DNA of 64,000 nt from a bacterium. GTDB taxonomy: Bacteria; Krumholzibacteriota; Krumholzibacteriia; G020349025. The notes under the pieces are model-generated. The model did not search any database. It was given only the letters and a program-made list of their open reading frames with translations, and had not been told where the DNA came from. Of the stretch, positions 51,688 through 61,211 are shown one piece after another (position 1 is the first letter of the stretch; every line of letters starts with the position of its first letter). Both the position numbers and the translations under genes were made by a program. The stretch covers positions 32,001-96,000 of the forward strand of contig JANLSU010000103.1 of the NCBI GenBank assembly GCA_031362565.1. The letters are read 5' to 3'.

Positions 51688-52527
51688 ATGCGTGGGTTCG
51701 TGCGGCGGGAGTGTTGCCGTCGCCTGCGTCGAATGCGGGGCACCGCGCTTGCGATGCTGGTGTGCGGGGTCGCGCCTGCCGCGCCACCGCCAAAGCCCGC
51801 CCCCGCTCACGCCTCGACAGTTGTCGGCCGGCTCGAGATCTCGGCGCCGCTGCCGGCGGCCGACTCGAGCGTCGCGCGCCGGCTCTTTGTGTGGCTGCCC
51901 GCCGCCTACGATTCAACGCACCGGTATCCGGTCTTGTACATGCCGAATGGGCAGGATCTCTTCGACACGGCGACGGCTGCCGGCGGCGAAGAGTGGGGGA
52001 TCGACGAATTGCTCGCGGCGCATCCCGCCGGGATCCCGGATCTCATCGTCGTCGGCATCGAGGCGGCGCCGCATGCCATCGACGACTACGCCCCGCCCGG
52101 CAGCGGCGACGGGGCGCGTGGTGCGGCGTATGTGGCTTTTCTCACCACCGTCGTGAAGCCCTACGTGGACAAGCACTACGCGACGCGCCGTCAGGCGGAC
52201 TGGACCTGGATCGCCGGCGACGGATCGAGTGCGGCCATCGTTCTCTACGCCGCATGGACACGGGCCGACATTTTCGGCGCCGGCATCGCCCTCGCCGTGC
52301 CCGATCTCGACCGCGCCGCGTTGGCGTGGGCCCGCGTGCTGCCGGTCGCAACAGCGCCGCGCTTGTGGGTCGACCAACTCGGCAGTGGCGCGATCGCGGC
52401 AGCGAGCACGACTGATCTCTATGGCCTCCTGTCGAAGGGTGCACGGGTCGAATTCCACCTTGCAGGGAGTCATGCGTACCGGTTGGTGCGTCTCGGGGCC
52501 GCGTTGCGTTCGATGGCGGCGCCCTAA
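51688..52527 (+). CDS. Putative-esterase (IroE/Fes-like) alpha/beta fold protein with degenerate motifs (start uncertain)
   Basis: VWLPAAY....RYPVLYMPNGQDLFD, LIVVGI, Y..FL...VKPYVD. Confidence 0.7.
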   Translation: MRGFVRRECCRRLRRMRGTALAMLVCGVAPAAPPPKPAPAHASTVVGRLEISAPLPAADSSVARRLFVWLPAAYDSTHRYPVLYMPNGQDLFDTATAAGGEEWGIDELLAAHPAGIPDLIVVGIEAAPHAIDDYAPPGSGDGARGAAYVAFLTTVVKPYVDKHYATRRQADWTWIAGDGSSAAIVLYAAWTRADIFGAGIALAVPDLDRAALAWARVLPVATAPRLWVDQLGSGAIAAASTTDLYGLLSKGARVEFHLAGSHAYRLVRLGAALRSMAAP

Positions 52528-52703
52528 GTCCGAAATCCGCCCGCGTTGCAGATCGAAGCGTTATACTCGAAGCCGAGCCTCGTGTTTCGGGCGCCGCCCC
52601 TTGAGTCCGTTCGAGTTTCCGATCGCAACTCATTGTTTCTAGTGGCTGCGAACGCTAACGCGTCGCGGTGTGTCGTAGCGGCTGTGCGGCCAATGGATGG
52701 GCC

Positions 52704-55520
52704 ATGCAGAGACGGCTGGCGTTATCGACATGGAGCGCACTCTTCCTGATGGCGGCGGCCTTCCTGCCGCCGCTGTATGCGTTGCGCTGGCTCTCGGCGG
52801 CGGCAGTGCGGCGCGCACCGGCGCCGGTTGCCGCACCGCACGCCGGCGCGCCGTTCGCACCCGCTGTCGACGCTGCAGGCCACACGCGGCGCGCCTATTT
52901 TCCGGGCTCGGCCACGCCGGGCAGTCTCGCGGACCGGGCTCGTGAAATGGTCTGGCAAGGTGCCCGGCAGTTTGGCATCGACGCCGGGCGCACCGATTTG
53001 CAACTCGTGGCGGTGCGCCGGAGCCCGAGCGGCTCGCATGTGCGTTTGCGGCAGCGCATCGGTGCGGTGCCGGTGTGGGGTGCCGAAGCGGTCGTGAGTT
53101 TCGACCGCACGGGCCGTGCAACCGTGCTCGCGAATGATCTTCAACCGGTGCCGATGCTGCCCGCTGCCAAGCCGCTCGCCGATGCTGCGGCGTGTTCGCT
53201 GGCCGTGCAGGCTGTCGCGGTGCGTGGGGCGCTCGCGGACCCACCCACGGTGCAGCTTTACTGGCGCGAGCGCAGCGGGCAATGGGACCTCGAATCGCGC
53301 GTCTCATTCTACTGCGCCGATCCGGCCGGCGACTGGGACGTGTGGATTGCTGCTGCGAGCGGCGAAGTCCGTGAGGTGCAGGATCGAACCGTGTGGCGCG
53401 TGGCTCCGCAAGCGAACGCCACGAATGGCACCGGCCGCATCTTCCGCCCGGATCCGGTGCTCGTCGGCGGCGATCTGCAACTCACCGATCAAAACGATGC
53501 CGACACCGCCGTGCCGGCGGGTGCATACACGACCGGCGCACTGCTCGATCTCGCGACACCGGTGCGCGGACTGTATCGCTTGCGCGGCCCTTGGGTGTCG
53601 ATCGAGGACTGGGAAGCGCCGCTCTCGGCACCCGATTCGTCGCTGGACGGCACCTTTCTGCACTACCGGTCCGAGCCAGGCTTCGAAGACGTGATGGCCT
53701 ACTACCATCTCGACACGATACAGCGTTGGTATCAAAGCCTCGGATTCGAAGACGCGAATCATCGCATGCAAGTCGTCGATCCACATGGCTTGAACGGGCT
53801 CGACAACTCGAAGTTTGTGCCCACCCTGCGCAAGATTGCATCTGGCGAAGGTGGCGTCGACGACGCCGAGGATGCGGCCGTGCTGGTGCACGAGTACGGC
53901 CATGCGACGCAGTTCGACATCGTCCCGACCTGGGGCACCGGCGGCCACGAGGGTGCGATGGGCGAGGGCTTTGGCGACTATCTCGCCAACTCGTACGCCT
54001 GGTCGTTGCAGCCGGCGCGGGTGCAGGCCTGGAACGGCGTTTTTCAGTGGGATGGACACAACGAATATTGGCCCGGCCGGCGGGCGATCGAGCCGGCGTT
54101 GCACTATCCCGAGAACGCAACCGGCGCGGTGCACCGCGCTGGAACTCTGTGGTGCTCGGCGCTCACCGAAGCGCTGTACGCCATCGGTGACCGCGCCGTC
54201 ATGGACCGGCTGGTCATCGATCACCACTACGCGTTGACGGGCACCGCGACCATGGAGGATGCCGCCAACGCAATCTTGGCGAGCGACGTGGCGCTCTATC
54301 GCGGCAGCCATTTGCCGGTCTTGGTGGAAACCTTCGCCCGCTGGGGCTTGGTCGATGCGAGTGCATGGCGGCCGGTGCAGATCAGCCACGCAGCGCTCGA
54401 CATCGCGGCGTCGGCCGATGGGCCGGCGTGCATCATGGCGACGATTGTCTCCGCACTCGCCGGGATCGAGCCGGCGTCGGTCGTGGCACAGGTGCGGGTC
54501 GGGAGCGGAACGTGGTTGGCGGTGCCGCTCGCCCCACAGGCCCTCGATCGCTACACGGCGATGCTGCCGCAAGTGGGCGGCGGTGCCTGTACGTTCGAGT
54601 ACTACATCGAGGGGCGCGACAAACTCGGCAATAGTGCCTTCTTGCCGGCGCAGGGCTCGGCGGCACCGTTCCTGGCGGCGCGCGGGGTGCGTGCCGAAAG
54701 GTTCGAAGCCGAATCCGGTTGGGCGGCGGGAGCCGCCGGCGATGCCGCGGTCGCCGGCCGCTGGGTGCGCGCCGTGCCGGTCGGAACGACGGCGCAGCCC
54801 GGCGCCGATCACACGAGCGCCGGCACCGCGTGCTTCGTTACCGGCAACGGCGTCCCGGGGTCGCCGGCCAGCGATTCGGATGTCGACGGCGGCACGACGA
54901 CGCTCGTTTCACCGCTCTACGACTTGCGCGGTGCGGCGCATGTCACTCTGTCGTATTGGCGCTGGTATGTGAACGATGGCGGCTCGCTGCCGGTCGATGA
55001 CCAATGGCGCGTCGATGCCTCCAACGACGCCGGCACCACTTGGACCACCGTTGAACGTACGGCGCTCTCGCAGCCGGGCTGGCACCGCGTCGTCGTCGAC
55101 TTGAGCGCCGTTCTTGGGGCGCCCGGTTCGGTGCGCCTGCGTTTTGTGGCGAGCGACTTGGGTTCGCCCTCGATCGTCGAAGCGGCACTCGATGACGTGC
55201 TCTTGCAAGCCGACTTCGCGTCCGATGCCGCGGGCGGCAATGGCGCCCGACTGTCTTTGGACGTCGCGGCGTGGCGCCCAGGCCTGCCGTTGCGCTTCGC
55301 ACTCGGGCAGCCTGGCGACGCTCACATGAATGTGTATGACCCGCGCGGCCGCGTGGTGCGCGAACTCGTCGCCGGCCATTTGGCGGCCGGTGATCACAGC
55401 GTTGTTTGGGATGGCAGCAATGGGCGTGGACAAGCCGTCGCCCGTGGGGTGTATTTCGTCCGCCTGGCGACTCCCGAGGGCGCTGTAACGCGCAAGATCC
55501 TCCTCGTGCGTCGAGATTGA
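52704..55520 (+). CDS. Secreted M36/M4-like zinc metallopeptidase with propeptide and FlgD-Ig-type C-terminal domain
   Basis: FTP/PepSY-like N-terminus, DDAEDAAVLVHEYGH...EGFGDY; C-terminal VYDPRGRVVR...WDG.N..G..V..GVYFVRL. Confidence 0.85.
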   Translation: MQRRLALSTWSALFLMAAAFLPPLYALRWLSAAAVRRAPAPVAAPHAGAPFAPAVDAAGHTRRAYFPGSATPGSLADRAREMVWQGARQFGIDAGRTDLQLVAVRRSPSGSHVRLRQRIGAVPVWGAEAVVSFDRTGRATVLANDLQPVPMLPAAKPLADAAACSLAVQAVAVRGALADPPTVQLYWRERSGQWDLESRVSFYCADPAGDWDVWIAAASGEVREVQDRTVWRVAPQANATNGTGRIFRPDPVLVGGDLQLTDQNDADTAVPAGAYTTGALLDLATPVRGLYRLRGPWVSIEDWEAPLSAPDSSLDGTFLHYRSEPGFEDVMAYYHLDTIQRWYQSLGFEDANHRMQVVDPHGLNGLDNSKFVPTLRKIASGEGGVDDAEDAAVLVHEYGHATQFDIVPTWGTGGHEGAMGEGFGDYLANSYAWSLQPARVQAWNGVFQWDGHNEYWPGRRAIEPALHYPENATGAVHRAGTLWCSALTEALYAIGDRAVMDRLVIDHHYALTGTATMEDAANAILASDVALYRGSHLPVLVETFARWGLVDASAWRPVQISHAALDIAASADGPACIMATIVSALAGIEPASVVAQVRVGSGTWLAVPLAPQALDRYTAMLPQVGGGACTFEYYIEGRDKLGNSAFLPAQGSAAPFLAARGVRAERFEAESGWAAGAAGDAAVAGRWVRAVPVGTTAQPGADHTSAGTACFVTGNGVPGSPASDSDVDGGTTTLVSPLYDLRGAAHVTLSYWRWYVNDGGSLPVDDQWRVDASNDAGTTWTTVERTALSQPGWHRVVVDLSAVLGAPGSVRLRFVASDLGSPSIVEAALDDVLLQADFASDAAGGNGARLSLDVAAWRPGLPLRFALGQPGDAHMNVYDPRGRVVRELVAGHLAAGDHSVVWDGSNGRGQAVARGVYFVRLATPEGAVTRKILLVRRD

Positions 55521-55593
55521 CGCGCTCGCCTTCCGCCGTCACACTGGCCGCCACCGCGCCCAAGCCTATGGCCGCGGCCTGGAGGTCCGACGA

Positions 55594-57018
55594 ATGCGGC
55601 AGCAGGCGACAAAGCTTCTCTGGATTGCACTCCTGATTTGCGCCGTGGTTCCCACCGCGCACGGCGCTGATGTCGAAGCGCTCCGGCATCGCTGGAACGA
55701 TCTCTTGGTACAGGAGCCGGCGACGCTGTCGCCGAAGCGCTATCGCGACGCGCACGAAGCGATGGAGGCACTCGAGGCGGCGACGCGTCGCAGTGCGCCG
55801 GATGTCGCGACCCTCGGCGCCGCTGCCGAAACCCACCTCGCAGCACTCGAATCCGCCTTGCAAAAGACCCGCGCGGCCATCCCGGAGGTTTTGCGGGCCC
55901 GCGATGCGGCGCGTGCCGCGCATGCGCCCGAGACCGCCGGACGCGAGTGGCGCACGGCAGAGAATGTTCTGGCCGCTGCGGCGCAAAAATTGGAAGCGGG
56001 GCGCATGGAAACCGGCGCCGCGCAAGCCCAGGAAGCTCGCGGCCTCTACGAGCAAGCGCGCCTCGCAGCATTGCAGGGCGATATCTTGGGCGAAGCGCAT
56101 GCCGGCTTGCGCAAACTCGAGGCCAACAAGGGCCGCTTGTATGTGCCACGCAGTTACGTCCGCGCCCTCGACGCTGTCACTCGAGCCGAGACATTGCTGC
56201 GCGGCCGTGGTGAAGCCGATCCGGAAGTGCGGGCCGCCGCCCAACATGCCGCGGCGGAAACGCGCCGCGCGCAGTTTCTGCTGGAGCGCATTCGCGGTGC
56301 CTGCGAGCAGCCCGATGCAGCGCACTTGGAAAGCACGATCCTGGATTGGCAGGACGCGTTGGAACGGACCCTCAGGGCGCTTGGCGCCGACGCGAGTTCC
56401 GAGACCTGGCTCGGCCCGGGATTAGCGGCAGCCGAGAGTGCCGCGGTCGCGCTCCGCGGCCACGTGGACTTCTCGCACACCGATGCACAACGCGACCGCT
56501 CGGCGGCGGAATCGCTCGCGGTTGTCGTCAACACCTTGCAGGACTCGCTACAGCGCGGGCAATTGCAGCGCGCCGACGCGGCGCGCGCCAGTGCCCCCTA
56601 CGAGCGCTTTCAGCGCCTGCAAAGCCTTCTGACGCGGGACGAGGGACGGGTGTTTCTGCAGGACCGTGACATCGTGCTGCGCCTGCCCGGTCTTGCCTTT
56701 GCAGCCGGCGACACGAGTCTTACCGACACGACCCGGGCACTCCTCGACAAAGTCGCGGCGGCGTTGAGGGAAATCCCGCACCCGACCGTCGTCGTCGAAG
56801 GCCACACCGATGCCCAGGCCAACCCCGAAACCAGTCTGCCGCTCTCACGCCGGCGCGCCGAGGTGGTGCGTGCCTATCTCACCGCGCAAGTGCCGCTCGA
56901 TGCGGCGCGCGTCACGGCGTTGGGTGTGGGTAGCACGCGGCCCGTCGTCGCCGAAGACAGTGAGGCGTCACGGGCGCTCAACCGCCGCATCGAGATCATC
57001 GTGTCGACCGACGAGTGA
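55594..57018 (+). CDS. OmpA/MotB C-terminal domain protein with long helical N-terminus
   Basis: VEGHTD, LSRRRAEVV, G.G..RP, NRRIEI. Confidence 0.85.
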   Translation: MRQQATKLLWIALLICAVVPTAHGADVEALRHRWNDLLVQEPATLSPKRYRDAHEAMEALEAATRRSAPDVATLGAAAETHLAALESALQKTRAAIPEVLRARDAARAAHAPETAGREWRTAENVLAAAAQKLEAGRMETGAAQAQEARGLYEQARLAALQGDILGEAHAGLRKLEANKGRLYVPRSYVRALDAVTRAETLLRGRGEADPEVRAAAQHAAAETRRAQFLLERIRGACEQPDAAHLESTILDWQDALERTLRALGADASSETWLGPGLAAAESAAVALRGHVDFSHTDAQRDRSAAESLAVVVNTLQDSLQRGQLQRADAARASAPYERFQRLQSLLTRDEGRVFLQDRDIVLRLPGLAFAAGDTSLTDTTRALLDKVAAALREIPHPTVVVEGHTDAQANPETSLPLSRRRAEVVRAYLTAQVPLDAARVTALGVGSTRPVVAEDSEASRALNRRIEIIVSTDE

Positions 57019-57028
57019 AGGGGAGTCC

Positions 57029-57775
57029 GTGCGATCACCGTTCCAGGCGCGGAATCGATGCGGCACGGTGGCGCTGGCTTGCAGCGTCGCAATCCTGAGT
57101 CACGCGAGCGCGCGAGCCCGTGTTACGAGCCCGGAGGCCGCCATGGCGTCGGATCCCGCGAGCCCCGCTACGGCGCAAGTTTCGCTGCTCCTCGTGCCGC
57201 ATGTCGTTGCACCCGGCGAATCGATCGTGGCGCGGCTCCTGGGCACTGTGGGGCCCAACGGGTCGTGGAGTCTCGAGTCGGTCGAAGTGCGCCGCCAGGG
57301 CGCGAGTGTGGAACTCGTGCCGCACGTACGAAGGGTTCCAGGCGACATGTTCACGCAGATGGTGGTGCCGCTCGACGTCAGCGTGCGTTTCGCGGCGTTT
57401 GCCGGTTTGCGCGACGTGCGGGTGCTCGGCAGTGACACGACGCTCGTCGTCCCAGTGCAGGTGCGCAAGCAGGCGCGGCGGGCACCGCCGCGGGTGCGCA
57501 TCCATGCCGAATCGTCTATTCCCATTGGTGCAGACGCCGCCGTGCCTATCGTCATCGATGCGACGAGCGCCGATGGCTGGGTCGAGCGCCTGGAGATTCG
57601 GAGCGGCGCGCTCTGGGTGCCGCCTGACTCGGTCGAGCGCGACGGCTCGAGCTTGCAGGCGCGCACGACGATCCGGCGGCCGCCGCATGACGGGGCACGC
57701 CGGATCGAAGTCCGTGCGATCGATGGCCAGGGCCGGCGCTCACGGCGTGTCGTGTTGACGCTGCCGAAGCGTTAG
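57029..57775 (+). CDS. Hypothetical exported protein with two Ig-like domains
   Basis: GGGGAG RBS before GTG; beta-rich; C-terminal IEVRAIDGQG. Confidence 0.6.
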   Translation: MRSPFQARNRCGTVALACSVAILSHASARARVTSPEAAMASDPASPATAQVSLLLVPHVVAPGESIVARLLGTVGPNGSWSLESVEVRRQGASVELVPHVRRVPGDMFTQMVVPLDVSVRFAAFAGLRDVRVLGSDTTLVVPVQVRKQARRAPPRVRIHAESSIPIGADAAVPIVIDATSADGWVERLEIRSGALWVPPDSVERDGSSLQARTTIRRPPHDGARRIEVRAIDGQGRRSRRVVLTLPKR

Positions 57776-58344
57776 AACACGCTCAGTTGCGACACCATGT
57801 GCACGTCGAGCTTGGATACACTGCAGGTGCCTTGCATCGTCTGTGCGGACTGCGGATTCCACGTCCAGTCGAGCCCCATGACGAGATGCTTCGACGTGAA
57901 CAGGTCGAGAACCCGCTGGTCCATGTCGATCCGGATCGCCCCCGGCGTGACCGCGGCCGGCTGCAAGTCGGTGTCGAGCGTCGCGACCGGCGCCGTCGAG
58001 TACACCGTCGATGCGTCGTCTCCGAAGTAGACGGTGAAATTCCCCTGGCCCTGGCCGGTCTGATTGTCATAGAGCAGCCCGATGTCCAGCGACGCCGCCT
58101 CGGCGGTGCCGAAATCGGCGAAGCCCTCCACGAGGTTGATCGGCACTGCCGGCAGCCGCACGCTGAAGGGCAGCAACGACGGTGCCGAGTACGGCTGTTG
58201 CGCTTGCGACGCATCCATGAAGCTGAGTGCATCGACGTTCAGCAGGACGCGATTCTTACCGCAGCCCGTGCCGACCAGGGCGGTGAGTGCCAGGGCGCCG
58301 AGCGCCGCGCATTGCATCCGGCCCGCGAATCGAGTGATTTTCAT
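57772..58344 (-). CDS. Hypothetical lipoprotein
   Basis: LALTALVGTGC lipobox; beta-rich mature region. Confidence 0.7.
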   Translation of the reverse strand: MKITRFAGRMQCAALGALALTALVGTGCGKNRVLLNVDALSFMDASQAQQPYSAPSLLPFSVRLPAVPINLVEGFADFGTAEAASLDIGLLYDNQTGQGQGNFTVYFGDDASTVYSTAPVATLDTDLQPAAVTPGAIRIDMDQRVLDLFTSKHLVMGLDWTWNPQSAQTMQGTCSVSKLDVHMVSQLSVF

Positions 58345-58410
58345 TTCAAAGCCCTCCCGTGGCTCGAGGCGCGGCACAGCCAATCGCGTTGGCGCGCCGC
58401 GGCACCTTGA

Positions 58411-59757
58411 TCAGCGAATGGCCAGCGATGTACCGAGCGTCATGCCGCGCTCGCCGGTGACCGTATGATTGTGCGTTTGAAAGCCGAGATCGAAGCAGAC
58501 GTGTGCCAGGCCGAGCCCCGCACCCCAGGCGTACTGCACCTTCGAGTTGTCGTCGGTGAGCATGCCGCCGCGCATGGCGAGGATGCCCAGCTTGCGCTCC
58601 GCGCCGACGTGCATCTCGGTGCCCCAACGGTTCGTGGTCAAGTCGGCGGCCAGCAAGGTGCGGTGGCCCGTCCACGCGACGTTGAGTGTCGTTTGCTGCG
58701 GCAGCTTGCTCGTGTAAGGCTCGCTGTCGGACAGCGTTTCGGTGACGACCTCGCCGGTCACGTCGTCGAGATACGAGTGATCGACTTGGGTCCCGCTCCA
58801 GTGCACGCTCGAGCCGAGGTCGCGCAGGCCGAGCCCGATGTCGAAACCGCCCATGCGATAGGCGACACCGGTATCGAAGCCGACGCCGTTGCCGATCTTC
58901 CCGAAGCGCGACACGCGGGTCGTGGCGTCGTAGCCGACATTCATCGGGTCGCTGTCCCCGAAGATCGTGTCGCCGGTGGCGAGCGAAAATTGGGTATCGG
59001 CCTTCCCGAGTCCAAAACCCATGATGTACTTGGTGTAAGCCCCCAAGTAGAACCCGTCGCCGTTGGGATGTCCCCAGCCACCGCCGGAGTAACCGACGTT
59101 GAACGACGCGCCGGCCATCGTCTCGCCATTCGCGGTCATGGTGTACTCGCGGTTGGGGAGCAGCGCCTCGCCTTGGGTCAAGACACCAAAGAGGGCGTTG
59201 TCGAAAGCGATGCGTCCTTCGAGCGTCACCACCGGAGCGAAATACGTGCGGGCCCCGAGCAAGCCCAGTCCGAACAGCGGCCGCGCGTACATCGATCCGA
59301 CATTCAACGGCTCCTGCGGCAGCAGGGTGCGCGCGTCGGCAATGTCGATTGCAAAGGAGTTCCGGGCGATGGTCAGCGAAATGTCGCCGTCGAGCGGGTC
59401 GGCGTTGCCCGTCTCCATGAAGAACGGCGGATTGATCGCCAGGTTGGCGATGCGCGTCACGCTGAAATTCGGGTCGTTGGCGTCGAATGTCGGGAAGTCC
59501 TGGGCCAACTGGATGAGGCCGAGCGGCAGCGGAATCACGAAGCCGCGGCCATCACGCCGTGAAGGCATGGTTTGGTATGCGACGTTGGCGGATGCGAGAT
59601 CGCGGCCGCCTGGAACGAAGGGGCTGCCCATGCCGAGCCGCCGCGCATCGGTAGTGAAAGCGGCGGCGGGAGCTGCGAATGCAAACAGGCTCGCCGCGGC
59701 GAGCGCCAACTGTGCAGCGACGCAGGCGCGTCGCGCGGTGCGGTCCCGATCCATCAT
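58411..59757 (-). CDS. Probable outer-membrane beta-barrel protein
   Basis: Signal peptide, ARRLGMG N-terminal motif, alternating Gly/aromatic strands (GVGFDTGVAY, IGLGLRDLG). Confidence 0.65.
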   Translation of the reverse strand: MMDRDRTARRACVAAQLALAAASLFAFAAPAAAFTTDARRLGMGSPFVPGGRDLASANVAYQTMPSRRDGRGFVIPLPLGLIQLAQDFPTFDANDPNFSVTRIANLAINPPFFMETGNADPLDGDISLTIARNSFAIDIADARTLLPQEPLNVGSMYARPLFGLGLLGARTYFAPVVTLEGRIAFDNALFGVLTQGEALLPNREYTMTANGETMAGASFNVGYSGGGWGHPNGDGFYLGAYTKYIMGFGLGKADTQFSLATGDTIFGDSDPMNVGYDATTRVSRFGKIGNGVGFDTGVAYRMGGFDIGLGLRDLGSSVHWSGTQVDHSYLDDVTGEVVTETLSDSEPYTSKLPQQTTLNVAWTGHRTLLAADLTTNRWGTEMHVGAERKLGILAMRGGMLTDDNSKVQYAWGAGLGLAHVCFDLGFQTHNHTVTGERGMTLGTSLAIR

Positions 59758-59966
59758 GCAATTCCCTTCGCCTAGCCAAGGCGCGTCCCGCGCCCTCCGT
59801 TCGCACGACAGGCTCACGGCGCGTGACAATCGAGCGTCCACGCACCCTTTCCACAATGCCGTGTCGGCCAGGAGTGAACTCGGCAATGCGCATGCCAGAG
59901 CCCAATATTCGTGCGGCGCGCGTGTGCTATCGTGACGTGGAGCGGAGTTGCGCAAGGGGGCAGGTC

Positions 59967-60176
59967 ATGGCGAAACGATTCCAGCGCATCACGTCCGGAA
60001 AAAAAATCGCCGGTGTGTGTACAGGGTTGGCGGATTACTTCAACTTGGATGTCACGCTCATCCGGGTCCTGTTCATCGTCTTGTGTGCCGCATACGGTGC
60101 GACGCTGTTGGCGTACCTCATTCTGTGGATGGTGGCGCCGGTCGCGCCTGGAGAAGCGGCTCCGCCCCGCGAGTGA
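59967..60176 (+). CDS. pspC: Stand-alone PspC-domain protein
   Basis: KKIAGVCTGLADYF..D..LIRVLF...AYLILW. Confidence 0.88.
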   Translation: MAKRFQRITSGKKIAGVCTGLADYFNLDVTLIRVLFIVLCAAYGATLLAYLILWMVAPVAPGEAAPPRE

Positions 60177-60367
60177 CGCCGTGGTGGTGACGTCCGCACA
60201 CGCCGCCGTCGTCGCCCGGACAACCGCCACGCCCGCTTCGGCCCGCAGCACCGCTTGGCGCGGCTGACACAAGTCCACGCTTCGCAGCGACTTGCAGCAA
60301 TGACCCCAGGATCGAGCCATGCCGGACCCGGACCTGCAATGACGCCTTGCGTCATGGGAGGTTCGAG

Positions 60368-61093
60368 ATGCGATTCGCTTCGAAATGGTGTCTTTGCCTG
60401 GCGCTCTTGGCGGCGCTCCCGGCGCTCGCCGCCGCCAATCCGCATGAGCCGGAGTTCGGTTGGCGGCATCGCGAGCGGCGCCGGGAGTCCTTCGGGCCCG
60501 CGCAAGGGTACGTCGCGGTCAAGGGCGGCGGGCTCGCGCTTGGCGCGGCCGGCGCGACAGGCGGTACCTATGTTGGTGTCGAAACCGGCATCACGGCCTC
60601 CGAGGTTCTGGACGTCGGGTTCTCGGTCGACTATTTCCATCGCCGGAGCCGCGACCTGGACGTCTGGTTCGAAACCGACCATGGGTTCGATCCACCGGTG
60701 CGCGGCGAAATCACCCGCTTCGAGTCGTCGGCGGACTTCGTGCCGATCGGCGTCACGGCGCGTCTGCGGCTGCCGACCGGCACCCAAGCCTGCAGGCCCT
60801 TCGTGGCGGCGACTCTTGCCTACGAGGTGTTGCATCTGTCGTTCTTCGATCGCAACGCACCAGTGCGCCCCTATGACAACATCCTCACCAACGACGAAAC
60901 GTTCATGGGATTCGGCTGGCAGGCATCCGCCGGCGTCGACTTTGGGCTGGCACCGGGTGTCGGCGTCTTCGGCGAGCTGGGACTGCACCGCGGGACGCCG
61001 TCGCAGGCCGTCGAGGTGAACGGTGATCCAGTGGATTTGCGCGTCCAGATGAACGGCGCTTTTCTGCGCGGCGGTGTGCGTGTCGCCCTTTGA
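60368..61093 (+). CDS. Small 8-stranded outer-membrane beta-barrel protein
   Basis: GGAGG RBS, signal peptide, amphipathic strands, GFGWQASAGVDF. Confidence 0.75.
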   Translation: MRFASKWCLCLALLAALPALAAANPHEPEFGWRHRERRRESFGPAQGYVAVKGGGLALGAAGATGGTYVGVETGITASEVLDVGFSVDYFHRRSRDLDVWFETDHGFDPPVRGEITRFESSADFVPIGVTARLRLPTGTQACRPFVAATLAYEVLHLSFFDRNAPVRPYDNILTNDETFMGFGWQASAGVDFGLAPGVGVFGELGLHRGTPSQAVEVNGDPVDLRVQMNGAFLRGGVRVAL

Positions 61094-61211
61094 CGCCGGT
61101 CCGCCGGCGCAAGGGGCGGCGCAATCGGCCCCTTGAGTCCGGCGCCGGGTAGCTTACAATCCCCCCCCAGGCAGCCCCCGTGGGCAAGCCTAGTCCTAAA
61201 GGGGAGGATGC

